NCBI GenBank assembly: GCA_016929605.1
Contig: JAFGIM010000099.1
Span: 1-49,362, forward strand
Direction of reading: 5' to 3'
DNA: 49,362 nucleotides
From: Spirochaetales bacterium
GTDB lineage: Bacteria; Spirochaetota; Spirochaetia; Treponematales; Treponemataceae
The notes beneath the pieces were generated by a model that saw only the letters and a program-made list of their open reading frames with translations, searched no databases and was not told the DNA's origin. Both the position numbers and the translations under genes were made by a program. Shown one piece after another: positions 39,354 to 48,674 of the stretch (its first letter is position 1; each line of letters starts with the position of its first letter).

Positions 39354-40589
39354 ATGGTAACCCTTGCGGCCCCTTGCGCTATTGGCGCGGAAAAGGTCTT
39401 GTCCAACGAGCTAATTAAGCTTGGTTTTTTTCCGATATCACAAGCTCCTGGGCGGGTTGTTTTCTCTACCGCTAATCAAGACTCAGGTGATCAAAATTAC
39501 TCTGTCCCCATGGGGCAGATTCCAGCTGCCGAGGATTTAGCTGCCATTTATAGAGCAAATCTTTGTATTCGAACGGCGGATAGAATTTACTTGGTCATGG
39601 CTTCTTTTCCTTGTCGTGATTTTGACACCCTATTTGACCAGGTTAAGGCCATAGAATGGCAGGGGTGGTTTAAAAAAGATGTACGTGTTGTAGTTGATAA
39701 GGTTCGAACTCATCAAAGTGTATTGTCTTCCGAGAATTCCATTCAATCAATTTCCCACAAAGCTATCTATTCTCGGCTTGGTGATGCTTGGCATATGTCC
39801 ACACTTCCAGAAACGGGGGACAGAGCATCAGTTCGGATTTACATAGAAAGTAATCAAGCCCTTGTATTATTAGATTTATCTGGAATGCCACTTCATCGTA
39901 GAGGGTATAGAACTGCAGGAGGGGAAGCACCTATTAGAGAAACTTTAGCTGCAATACTTTTGCATCTGATGAATTGGCGACGAAAAATTCCATTACATGA
40001 TGCTTTTTGTGGTTCTGGAACAATTCCAATTGAAGCGGTGTTGTATGCCTATAATATTGCCCCTGGTTTGGGTCGTCGATTTGGGCTTGAGGATCTTGCT
40101 CCTTATCAAGGAGAAAATGCTCTGTCCCTCATTTCTAAAGAAAAAGAAACCGCTGCTTTGGCTATAAAGACAGATTGTCTTGTTCGGGTAACTGGAAGCG
40201 ATATTGACCAGAAAATTTTACTTTCTGCTCAAGGGAATGCGGAACGTGCGTGTTCAATAGCGGGCAGGGCTTTGCAAGTCGTAGGCAGGGATTCCCGTAT
40301 TCCGCGCCCCGATTTTGTTCAGGCTTCATTTTCCGATTTAGCTGCTCCTTTTCCTGAAGGATTGCTTTTGTCTAATCCTCCGTATGGGGAGAGACTTGGT
40401 GATAATGATTCGGCATTAGCTCTTTATTCTTCAATGTCTTCCCTTCTCGATGCGTTCCAGGGATGGGATTTTGGATTTATCACTAATAATCAAGCTTTTG
40501 AGCAAGCCTTTGGAAGAAAAGCAACCAAAAAACGGCCTCTACGAAGCGGTAATCTTGAAACATGTCTCTATCAATATAAAAAGGAGTAA
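39354..40589 (+). CDS. rlmL: THUMP-domain rRNA methyltransferase (RlmL-like)
   Basis: NL..RTADR, D.SG..LHRRGYR...G.APIRETLAA, D.FCGSGTI.IEA and NPPYGER. Confidence 0.85.
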   Translation: MVTLAAPCAIGAEKVLSNELIKLGFFPISQAPGRVVFSTANQDSGDQNYSVPMGQIPAAEDLAAIYRANLCIRTADRIYLVMASFPCRDFDTLFDQVKAIEWQGWFKKDVRVVVDKVRTHQSVLSSENSIQSISHKAIYSRLGDAWHMSTLPETGDRASVRIYIESNQALVLLDLSGMPLHRRGYRTAGGEAPIRETLAAILLHLMNWRRKIPLHDAFCGSGTIPIEAVLYAYNIAPGLGRRFGLEDLAPYQGENALSLISKEKETAALAIKTDCLVRVTGSDIDQKILLSAQGNAERACSIAGRALQVVGRDSRIPRPDFVQASFSDLAAPFPEGLLLSNPPYGERLGDNDSALALYSSMSSLLDAFQGWDFGFITNNQAFEQAFGRKATKKRPLRSGNLETCLYQYKKE

Positions 40590-40595
40590 GAAAAC

Positions 40596-41195
40596 ATGGC
40601 GATTGTTGTTGAGCATGAAAAGAGACGGTACGAAATACTGGAGCGTGCTCTGGATATCTTTGTGGAAGAAGGATATGAGGACGCAACTTTTCAAAAGATA
40701 GCCGATCGTTGTGGAATTACTCGAACTACTTTATACCTGTATTTTAAAAACAAACGTGAAATTTTTATCTGGAGTATCAAACAATTAACCGATCGGTTGG
40801 AAAAAGACCTTCGAGAGACGATTGTAACCGATTCTCTTTCCTATGCAAAACGACTTGAATACGTTCTTCACACTATAATTGATCGATGTACAGATAACCG
40901 GCGTTTGTTTAATGTTGTATTGACCTATCTTCTTCAGGTACAGAAGACCGGTAAAGATCCTGATTCACGAGTAAAAAGGCGGACTATACGACTCCGTCAT
41001 TTATTGTCTCAATTGCTCATCGCGGGCAAAAAAGCTGGAGAATTTAAAGATTTTAATGTTAAAGATGCTAATGAATTGTTTTACGGTCTAATTGAATCAG
41101 CTATTTTTAGAATTGCGATTCTGGACCGTTCTTGTGCGGATGATGTAAAGCAAGCTCTGTCCCTCGCGGTGGTCAGTATTTCTATTTCGACATAA
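40596..41195 (+). CDS. TetR/AcrR-family regulator
   Basis: ILE.A...F.E.GY..AT...IA..CGI.R.TLYLYFKNK. Confidence 0.92.
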   Translation: MAIVVEHEKRRYEILERALDIFVEEGYEDATFQKIADRCGITRTTLYLYFKNKREIFIWSIKQLTDRLEKDLRETIVTDSLSYAKRLEYVLHTIIDRCTDNRRLFNVVLTYLLQVQKTGKDPDSRVKRRTIRLRHLLSQLLIAGKKAGEFKDFNVKDANELFYGLIESAIFRIAILDRSCADDVKQALSLAVVSISIST

Positions 41196-41280
41196 GGCTT
41201 GACTTTTGTCATAAAAAAAGTACAATTCGACTAATTTGATCATGACGTAATGACGGTGAATGTCGAAGTGGAGGTTGATT

Positions 41281-42243
41281 ATGGCAGTATTCTTGTTTCC
41301 GGGACAAGGCGCTCAAAGCACCGGAATGGGAATGGATTTGTTTGAGTTGGACGCCGATCGATCCCTTGGCATTCGGGATTTATTTACAATAACCAGCGAT
41401 TTACTTCATAAAGATGTTACAGAGATACTTACATCGGATGGCGATACTCTTCGTCGCACAGATGTTAGTCAGGTAGCGATCACTCTTGTTAGTTTATCCG
41501 CTGCTCGCCTTCTTGCATCCCGCGGGATTACTCCCGACGCATGTGCGGGGTTCAGTCTTGGGGAGTATCCGGCTCTCGCGGTAGCTGGTGTTTTATCAGA
41601 AACTGATGCTCTAAAGGTTACGATTGAACGTGGTCGGGTTATGCAGGCTGCCTGTGACCGCATTCAAGCTCAAAGCTCAGTTCCTCCGGGAATGGCAGCT
41701 GTTTTGGGGTTACCTTCCGAGCAGATAGAAGCGATTATTCGTGAAAATGGTGTTTCGGGCTTGTATCCAGCGAATTATAACAGCCCCCTGCAAACAGTAG
41801 TTTCTGGGACTGCTGAAGCACTTGATACCGCTGAGCGGCTTTTTAAGGAAGCAGGGGCCAGACGATGTATTCGCTTAAGTGTGGCAGGCCCATTTCATTC
41901 CCCGCTTATGGGTGAAGCCGCGACAGAATTTGCACAATTTTTAGAGTCAATTGCCTTTTCCGATCCATCAATACCATTGTTTTCAAATGTTACCGGCTCA
42001 CGGCTTGGGGACAGAGCACAGGCGAAGGCTCGGGCTGTGGAACATATATCCAATCCAGTTCGTTGGACGAAAGAAGAACAGTCAATTTCAACGTGGTGGC
42101 AATCATTTTGCGCACAAACGGGGACAGAGCATGATTCAGTTCCTTTATCCCTTGTTGAAGTTGGTCCTGGGAAGGTTCTTTGCGGATTGTGGCGTGATTC
42201 AAAACTACCCGGGGAATGTAAGTCTTATACCGAGTGCCTGTAA
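41281..42243 (+). CDS. fabD: Malonyl-CoA:ACP transacylase
   Basis: FPGQG.Q, GFSLGE, GMAA, AN.NSP.Q.V.SG, GPFHS.LM, PVRW and EVGPG; GGAGG RBS. Confidence 0.93.
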   Translation: MAVFLFPGQGAQSTGMGMDLFELDADRSLGIRDLFTITSDLLHKDVTEILTSDGDTLRRTDVSQVAITLVSLSAARLLASRGITPDACAGFSLGEYPALAVAGVLSETDALKVTIERGRVMQAACDRIQAQSSVPPGMAAVLGLPSEQIEAIIRENGVSGLYPANYNSPLQTVVSGTAEALDTAERLFKEAGARRCIRLSVAGPFHSPLMGEAATEFAQFLESIAFSDPSIPLFSNVTGSRLGDRAQAKARAVEHISNPVRWTKEEQSISTWWQSFCAQTGTEHDSVPLSLVEVGPGKVLCGLWRDSKLPGECKSYTECL

Positions 42244-42283
42244 GGTTCCTCGATTTGATACACTCTGAAAAGGAGCGAACACC

Positions 42284-43027
42284 ATGTTGTTAAAAGGTAA
42301 AACCGCCTTGATCACTGGCGCAAGTCGGGGAATTGGCAAAGAAATCGCCCGGCGTTTTCTTGAGGAAGGGGCCTCTGTGTGGGGGTTGTCGACCAAGCCA
42401 TCCGAAGGCGCTCGTGAATTAGTCGAATTTGCAAAAAATTGTGGATCGGAATTTCATGAAGTGATAGCAGATATTTCTAATCCCGAGGTAGTTCAGCCTG
42501 CGGTTACAGAAGCGCTTAAAGCTTCTGGAGGGTTTTCTATACTTGTGAATAATGCCGGTATTACTCGTGACGCTCTTTCTTTACGCATGAAGCTGGAAGA
42601 TTGGGAGCAAGTACTGAAAATAAACCTTACGGGAACGTTTTTAGTAAGTCAGATTGTATCTAACGATATGATCAGAAAAAGAACTGGCTCTATCATCAAT
42701 ATGACGAGTATCGTTGGTTTGCATGGTCAGGCAGGACAGGTAAACTATGCGGCAAGTAAAGCTGGCTTGGTTGGATATACCAAGAGTCTTGCAAAAGAAA
42801 TCGCAGGACGCGGTGTCCGGGTTAATGCCGTAGCTCCTGGATACATCGAAACTGAAATGACTGATGCAATTCCCGAAGACGCTAAAAAGGCTTGGCTAGA
42901 GGGTATTCCCATGAAGCGTCCGGGATATTCCCGCGAAGTTGCCGATTTAGTTGTTTTTCTTGCATCAGATATGTCTATGTATATAACAGCCCAAGTGATA
43001 GGTATTGACGGAGGAATGGGAGCATGA
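42284..43027 (+). CDS. fabG: 3-oxoacyl-ACP reductase
   Basis: TGASRGIG, NNAGITRD, NYAASK and VNAVAPG.I.T.MT. Confidence 0.95.
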   Translation: MLLKGKTALITGASRGIGKEIARRFLEEGASVWGLSTKPSEGARELVEFAKNCGSEFHEVIADISNPEVVQPAVTEALKASGGFSILVNNAGITRDALSLRMKLEDWEQVLKINLTGTFLVSQIVSNDMIRKRTGSIINMTSIVGLHGQAGQVNYAASKAGLVGYTKSLAKEIAGRGVRVNAVAPGYIETEMTDAIPEDAKKAWLEGIPMKRPGYSREVADLVVFLASDMSMYITAQVIGIDGGMGA

Positions 43028-44274
43028 GCAGAAGAGTTGTTGTCACCGGTCTTGGGGCGGTAACCCCATTGGGAAATACTGTAGAGGAAACATGGTCCGC
43101 AATTCGAAAGGGTACCTGTGGCGTCGGTCCTATTACACTTTTTGATTCATCGGCCTACAAGGTTAAAATAGCCGCTGAGGTTAAGAATTTCGATCCCTCG
43201 GTCTGGATTGATCGACGTGAAGCCAGAAAAATGGCGCGTTTTACTCAATTTGTCTCCGTCGCCGCTGCACAAGCCATCAAAGATTCCGGGTATGATAAAG
43301 AAACCTTAAGCAAAGAAAAAGCCGGTATTATGATTGGAAATGGTATTGGTGGTTTTGAAGTAATAGAAGCTTCCATGAAGAAATATTTCGAATCAGGAAA
43401 TGACCGCATTCCTCCCTTATCAATTCCGATGCTCATTTCCAATGAGGGCGCTGGAAATATTAGCATGCTCTATGGCATTAACGGTCTTTCTTGGACTTTA
43501 GCGACTGCTTGTGCCTCCAGCACCGATTCTCTTGGTATGGCGCTCGATCTAGTTCGTTCTGGCCGTCTTGATGTCTGTGTTGCCGGTGGATCTGAAGCAG
43601 CAATTACCGGTTTTGGTATTGGAAGTTTCACTGTGTTGCAAACCCTTGCAACCTCATTTAATGATAATCCTCAAAAGGCAAGTAGGCCTTTTGATCGTGA
43701 TCGAGAAGGCTTTATTATGGGGGAAGGGGCGGCGATTTTGATACTTGAGGATCTCGAACATGCCCTTGCTCGCGGTGCTACCATTTATGCTGAATTTGCC
43801 GGATATGGTGCATCAAGCGATGCATATCATATTACGAGCCCTAATCCGGATGGATCAGGTGGAGCCTTGGCTATTACCCGCGCCCTTGAGGATGCGGGGA
43901 TTAAGCCTGAGGATGTTCAATACTATAATGCGCATGGAACTTCTACTCCCGTTAATGATCCGGCAGAAACCCTCATGATTAAGAATGCTTTTGGCGATCA
44001 TGCCTATAAAATGAAGGTTTCCAGTACAAAAAGCATGACCGGCCATTGTGTGGGTGCCGCTGGTGCAATTGAAGCGCTTATTTGTATAAAAGCAATAAAT
44101 GACGGTTATTATCCTCCAACTATTAACCTTGAGAATCCAGATATCGAACATGGTTGTGATTTGGATTATGTAGCTAATGTTGGTGTCGAGGGCGAAATTG
44201 ACTGTGCTGCTTCCGGATCTCTCGGCTTTGGAGGGCATAACGGCGTGCTTATAATGAGGAAATTCAAGAAATGA
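43024..44274 (+). CDS. fabF: Beta-ketoacyl-ACP synthase II
   Basis: TACAS, SRPFD..R.GF..GEG, NAHGTST, KSMTGH and GFGGHN. Confidence 0.96.
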   Translation: MSRRVVVTGLGAVTPLGNTVEETWSAIRKGTCGVGPITLFDSSAYKVKIAAEVKNFDPSVWIDRREARKMARFTQFVSVAAAQAIKDSGYDKETLSKEKAGIMIGNGIGGFEVIEASMKKYFESGNDRIPPLSIPMLISNEGAGNISMLYGINGLSWTLATACASSTDSLGMALDLVRSGRLDVCVAGGSEAAITGFGIGSFTVLQTLATSFNDNPQKASRPFDRDREGFIMGEGAAILILEDLEHALARGATIYAEFAGYGASSDAYHITSPNPDGSGGALAITRALEDAGIKPEDVQYYNAHGTSTPVNDPAETLMIKNAFGDHAYKMKVSSTKSMTGHCVGAAGAIEALICIKAINDGYYPPTINLENPDIEHGCDLDYVANVGVEGEIDCAASGSLGFGGHNGVLIMRKFKK

Positions 44275-44798
44275 GTGCAAAAAACGACTCTGGGGACAGA
44301 GCAACTTCTGGATTACCCGATTTTACCCCAATAGCAGATCTTTCCAACAGGTCAACGCGAGATCTTGAGCGTAAGACTATAGAAAGCTTATTGCCGCATC
44401 GGGATCCTTTCCTGTTTGTTGATACTATTGATGTTAACGATAATGACACAATTATCGCCCGCCATGTGTTTTCCGAGAATGAGTTCTTTTTTAAGGGTCA
44501 TTTTCCCGAGTATCCAGTTGTTCCTGGTGTTATTCTGGTAGAAACAATGGCACAAGCAGGTGGAGCGGGTCTTGTTAAACGCGGGATTCTTGGTGGGAAC
44601 TCTTTATTCTTTTTAGCTACTGTGGATAAGGTGAAATTTCGCAGGCAAGTGCGCCCTGGTGAAGAAGCTGTGTTAGTTATCAAGAACCTTCGGGTTTCAC
44701 CGAAGATGATTAAACAATCCGGCATGGTATATATTGCCGGAGAACTAGCGAGCGAGGCTGAATGGATGTGTCTCGTTGGTGATAAGGGAGATTTGTAA
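44271..44798 (+). CDS. fabZ: 3-hydroxyacyl-ACP dehydratase
   Basis: LPHR.PFL.VD and GHFP..PV.PGV...E.MAQ; N-terminal extension. Confidence 0.94.
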   Translation: MSAKNDSGDRATSGLPDFTPIADLSNRSTRDLERKTIESLLPHRDPFLFVDTIDVNDNDTIIARHVFSENEFFFKGHFPEYPVVPGVILVETMAQAGGAGLVKRGILGGNSLFFLATVDKVKFRRQVRPGEEAVLVIKNLRVSPKMIKQSGMVYIAGELASEAEWMCLVGDKGDL

Positions 44799-44801
44799 AA
44801 T

Positions 44802-46049
44802 ATGGTTATAAAACCAATGATACGTAGTAGTATTTGTCTTAATGCACACCCGCTTGGATGTGCAAAAGAAGTTGAAAATCAAATTGCATATGTTACTGAG
44901 AAAAATGCGGTTCGCGGACGACATGTTGGAGGGCCAGTTTCAGGCGGGTCTCATGGAGTCGGTTCACCTCGTCCTCTTTCTGCAGTGCTTGTCCTTGGCT
45001 GTTCAACTGGATATGGTTTAGCAAGTAGAATTACCTCTACATTTGGGTATGGCGCCGTTACGGTTGGCGTTTCGTTCGAAAAGGAAGGAACCGAAACCAA
45101 GGGCGGTACACCAGGTTGGTATAATAATCTTGCATTTGATCGTGCGTCAAAAAAAGCAGGAGTTCCCTCAATAACCATCAATGGCGATGCTTTCTCAGAC
45201 CCGGTAAGGCAAGAGGTCATCGCTGCTGCTAAAAAGCTTGGCATCACCTTTGACCAGGTGATATATAGTCTAGCAAGTCCGGTACGAACTGACCCTGAAA
45301 CCGGTGTTCAGTACCGTTCTGTTTTAAAACCGATTGGTAAACCCTATTCAGGGCTAACGGTCGACCCAGTAACGGGCGTTATCAGCGAAACAAGTGCTGA
45401 GCCGGCAACTGAGGATGAAGCGGCACAAACGGTTAAGGTTATGGGTGGCGAAGACTGGCAACGTTGGATAGAACAGCTTCATGCTGCTAATGTTCTGTCT
45501 CCAGGTTGTACAACGCTGGCGTATTCATACATTGGTCCAGCTCTTTCACACGCTATTTATCGGGATGGAACGATAGGTGGTGCAAAAAAGCATCTTGAAG
45601 CAACTGCTCTGTCCCTCAACGCGTTTCTCGACAAATCCGTTGGCGGATCAGCGTATGTATCCGTTAATAAGGGCTTAGTAACTCGTTCAAGTGCAGTTAT
45701 TCCAATAATTCCTCTATATTTGGCGGTTCTTTTCAGCGTAATGAAGGAAAAAGGAACGCATGAGGGATGTATCGAACAAATTGAGCGATTATATGCCGAA
45801 CGTTTATTGACTGGAAGCTCTGTCCCCGTAGATCAAGCTCACCTCATTCGCATTGATGACTGGGAAATGGACAGTGATGTTCAACAAGAGATTGATAATC
45901 GGTTGGCTCGACTAACTAGTGATAATATCCGTGATCTTGCAGATCTGGATGGTTATCGCCATGATTTTCTTGCTGCCAGCGGATTTGATATTGATGGTAT
46001 CGATTATGATGCTGATATTGCCCGTTTAAATACAATAGGAGATAACTAA
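44802..46049 (+). CDS. fabV: Enoyl-ACP reductase FabV / trans-2-enoyl-CoA reductase
   Basis: [39 protein letters not shown] and HEGCIEQ. Confidence 0.93.
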   Translation: MVIKPMIRSSICLNAHPLGCAKEVENQIAYVTEKNAVRGRHVGGPVSGGSHGVGSPRPLSAVLVLGCSTGYGLASRITSTFGYGAVTVGVSFEKEGTETKGGTPGWYNNLAFDRASKKAGVPSITINGDAFSDPVRQEVIAAAKKLGITFDQVIYSLASPVRTDPETGVQYRSVLKPIGKPYSGLTVDPVTGVISETSAEPATEDEAAQTVKVMGGEDWQRWIEQLHAANVLSPGCTTLAYSYIGPALSHAIYRDGTIGGAKKHLEATALSLNAFLDKSVGGSAYVSVNKGLVTRSSAVIPIIPLYLAVLFSVMKEKGTHEGCIEQIERLYAERLLTGSSVPVDQAHLIRIDDWEMDSDVQQEIDNRLARLTSDNIRDLADLDGYRHDFLAASGFDIDGIDYDADIARLNTIGDN

Positions 46050-46549
46050 TGGACGACAAAATTCTGCTCGCCCTCTTCGACAAGTTTGAAAAATCATCGG
46101 CTGCCGAAATGATTTATTCCGGGAACGGCTACAGTTTCGAGCTCAGGCGCAAAGAAGCCTGTTTCCCCAATGCGGTGGCAACTGTTTCAGCGGCTCCTGT
46201 TCGCGAAACAACAGTTTCTTCTCCAGTAAGCAGTTCCGCTCAATCCAGAGCTACTGCTGCTGTGGGGACAGAGCAACAGGATTCTTCTTCGGATTCCGCC
46301 TCTTCCGGTTGTGAGTTCATTAAAAGCCCGATTGTTGGAACGTTTTACCGCTCCCCATCACCAGATGCGCCAGCCTTTGTTGATGTTGGCAAGAAGGTCG
46401 TTAAGGGTCAAAAGCTCTGTATCATCGAAGCCATGAAGATGATGAATGCCCTCGAAGCCGAATTTGATTGTGAAGTTGTCAAAATCCTGGTAGAGAACGG
46501 TGATATGGTTGAATTTGATCAACCGATTCTTGAGGTTCGTCGGGTATGA
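46049..46549 (+). CDS. accB: Acetyl-CoA carboxylase biotin carboxyl carrier protein
   Basis: [10 protein letters not shown] and EAMKMMN biotinylation motif. Confidence 0.96.
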   Translation: MDDKILLALFDKFEKSSAAEMIYSGNGYSFELRRKEACFPNAVATVSAAPVRETTVSSPVSSSAQSRATAAVGTEQQDSSSDSASSGCEFIKSPIVGTFYRSPSPDAPAFVDVGKKVVKGQKLCIIEAMKMMNALEAEFDCEVVKILVENGDMVEFDQPILEVRRV

Positions 46550-47865
46550 TTAAACGATTGATGATAGCCAATCGTGGCGAGATCGCAGTACGGATTATTC
46601 GTACCTGTCGCGAACTTGGTATCGAGACTGTGGCTGTCTATTCAACCGCTGATGCGGATGCGCTTCATGTTCGATTAGCCGATATCGCTGTATGTATCGG
46701 ACCTGCCAAGGCAGCCCAAAGCTATCTGTCAGTTCCCGCGTTAATTACCACTGCGGTTAGAACCGGATGTGAGGCGGTACACCCTGGAGTCGGCTTTTTA
46801 TCGGAAAACTCAAATTTCGCCCGGGAAGTTATCAAGGCTGGTCTCCTGTGGATTGGCCCTGATCCTGACGTAATCGATCTTCTTGGAGATAAGGTCACGG
46901 CTCGCGAAACAGCGCTTAAATACGGGCTTCCCGTTACTCCTGGCTCTGACGGTCCAATTTCTACCAAGGAAGAGGCGATTGTTGTTGCTAAAAAATGCGG
47001 TTATCCAGTTATTATCAAGGCTGCTTCTGGTGGCGGTGGTAAGGGGATGCGCATTGTAATGAAGGATGAAGAACTTGAGGAGAACCTCAAGATTGCTTCC
47101 CGGGAAGCGGAGGCCAATTTTTCCGATGGTACAGTGTACATCGAAAAGTACTTGCAAAATCCCCGGCATGTTGAGCTTCAAATAATTGCTGATGGTAAAG
47201 GGCGTGTTGCCATTCTTGGCGAGCGCGATTGTTCCGTGCAGAGAAATCACCAAAAACTTATCGAAGAAAGCCCTTCTCCCGGAGTAACCCCCGAGATGCG
47301 CGAAGCGATGAGTAAGGGTGCCCGCAACCTTTTTTCCAGTCTTAAGTATAGGGGAGCTGGTACTATTGAGTTCCTGGTGGTGGCGGATCAGTTTTTCTTT
47401 ATGGAAGTTAACGCCCGTATCCAGGTCGAACATCCGGTGAGCGAGTTTGTAACTGGAACAGATCTTATCCGAGAGCAAATTCTTGTTTGCTGTGGTGAGT
47501 GCATGACGATCGATCCCGATGCGGTAACCCTCTCTGGCTGGTCTATTGAGGCGAGAATAAATGCGCTTTCCCCCGGTAAGGTAAAGCATCTTGAAGTTCC
47601 TGGTGGCCCCGGGGTTCGCTTTGACAGTTTCTTGTATGCCGGTGCCACGGTTTCTCCGCATTATGATTCAATGGTTGGTAAGCTTATCGTGCACGATACC
47701 TCTCGCCAGCGGGCATTAAATCGGTTGATTAGGGCCCTGGATGAATTGAAGATTGACGGAGTACAAGTAAATATTGCGACGCAGCGAAAGATTCTTTCTA
47801 ATGCAATATTCCGTTCCGGTCAGTTTGGGACCGGTTTATATGCCCAACTGGAGGCCACGCTGTGA
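46546..47865 (+). CDS. accC: Biotin carboxylase
   Basis: [34 protein letters not shown] and E.N.RIQVEH. Confidence 0.96.
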   Translation: MIKRLMIANRGEIAVRIIRTCRELGIETVAVYSTADADALHVRLADIAVCIGPAKAAQSYLSVPALITTAVRTGCEAVHPGVGFLSENSNFAREVIKAGLLWIGPDPDVIDLLGDKVTARETALKYGLPVTPGSDGPISTKEEAIVVAKKCGYPVIIKAASGGGGKGMRIVMKDEELEENLKIASREAEANFSDGTVYIEKYLQNPRHVELQIIADGKGRVAILGERDCSVQRNHQKLIEESPSPGVTPEMREAMSKGARNLFSSLKYRGAGTIEFLVVADQFFFMEVNARIQVEHPVSEFVTGTDLIREQILVCCGECMTIDPDAVTLSGWSIEARINALSPGKVKHLEVPGGPGVRFDSFLYAGATVSPHYDSMVGKLIVHDTSRQRALNRLIRALDELKIDGVQVNIATQRKILSNAIFRSGQFGTGLYAQLEATL

Positions 47866-48674
47866 GTTCAACTGCCGCGATTGATTCCATTGCATGCCCT
47901 GCATGTAAATCCTCAATAGACGCACACAGTTTGCGTCTAAATCTTAATGTCTGTCCTTCCTGCCAATATCATTTTCGCATGGAGGCTCCCGATCGCGTTG
48001 AATATCTTGCGGACAAGGACAGTTTTGTAGAGTTTTATCGTAATATGAAAAGCCTTAATCCCATATCAATGGATGGATATGAGGAAAAGCTTTTTGAAGC
48101 GGTGCAGAAATCCCGATTAACTGAGGCAGTATTAACCGGCACGTGTACTATCGATGGTATCCCGATAGCCTTAGCGATTATGTCTTTCAGTTTTATGGGC
48201 GGATCAATGGGATCTGTTGTTGGAGAAAAGATTACACGGGCAATTATGATCGGCGTTGAAAAAAAATGTCCAGTCGTCATATATGCAACCTCTGGTGGGG
48301 CCCGTATGCAGGAGGGGATTTTCTCGCTCATGCAAATGGCCAAAACTGCGAGTGCTGCCGCTGAACTCGATCGCGCCGGACTTCCTCTTTTCTTGGTGCT
48401 CTGTGATCCTACAACCGGTGGTGTCACCGCAAGTTTTGCCATGTTGGGTGATATTATTATCGCTGAACCTGGAGCGCTAATCGGTTTTGCCGGTCCTCGT
48501 GTTATAGAAGGAACAATCAAACAATCCTTGCCTGAAGGTTTTCAGCGGGCAGAGTTTCAACTTGAAAAAGGCTTTGTAGATGTCATTTGTCCGCGTGGAG
48601 AGCAACGAGCCTTGTTGGTTAGATTGCTCAAGATGCATGGATTTACAGGCCAGGACAAGGAGGGCAAGCGATGA
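47862..48674 (+). CDS. accD: Acetyl-CoA carboxyltransferase beta subunit
   Basis: CxxC..CxxC zinc finger, [31 protein letters not shown] and GFAGPRVI. Confidence 0.96.
   Translation: MSSTAAIDSIACPACKSSIDAHSLRLNLNVCPSCQYHFRMEAPDRVEYLADKDSFVEFYRNMKSLNPISMDGYEEKLFEAVQKSRLTEAVLTGTCTIDGIPIALAIMSFSFMGGSMGSVVGEKITRAIMIGVEKKCPVVIYATSGGARMQEGIFSLMQMAKTASAAAELDRAGLPLFLVLCDPTTGGVTASFAMLGDIIIAEPGALIGFAGPRVIEGTIKQSLPEGFQRAEFQLEKGFVDVICPRGEQRALLVRLLKMHGFTGQDKEGKR

Larger units (their letters stand above)
25691..46275. repeat. Dispersed 12-bp motif family WGCTCTGTCCCY / RGGGACAGAGCW
   Basis: GCTCTGTCCC core starts at 25692, 26636, 26882, 27028, 33503, 34648, 35624, 36025, 37468, 40119, 41154, 45606, 45817. 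GGGACAGAGC core starts at 26312, 27465, 30048, 31685, 33139, 39817, 42008, 42121, 44293, 46265. One-mismatch copies at 32724 and 39499. Confidence 0.95.

Noticed and set aside
41545-41566. FabD GFSLG instead of GHSLG
   Set aside because: Catalytic Ser and the downstream FHS are intact; not evidence of a pseudogene.
25691-46275. 12-mer read as a CRISPR repeat, Chi/KOPS site, uptake sequence or HIP1
   Set aside because: Too short and irregularly spaced for CRISPR, and no cas genes. Not strand-polarised like Chi/KOPS. Locally confined, unlike uptake sequences or HIP1.
46810-47661. 283-aa antisense ORF within accC, and similar shadow ORFs
   Set aside because: Fully overlaps a conserved gene and has no recognisable motifs.
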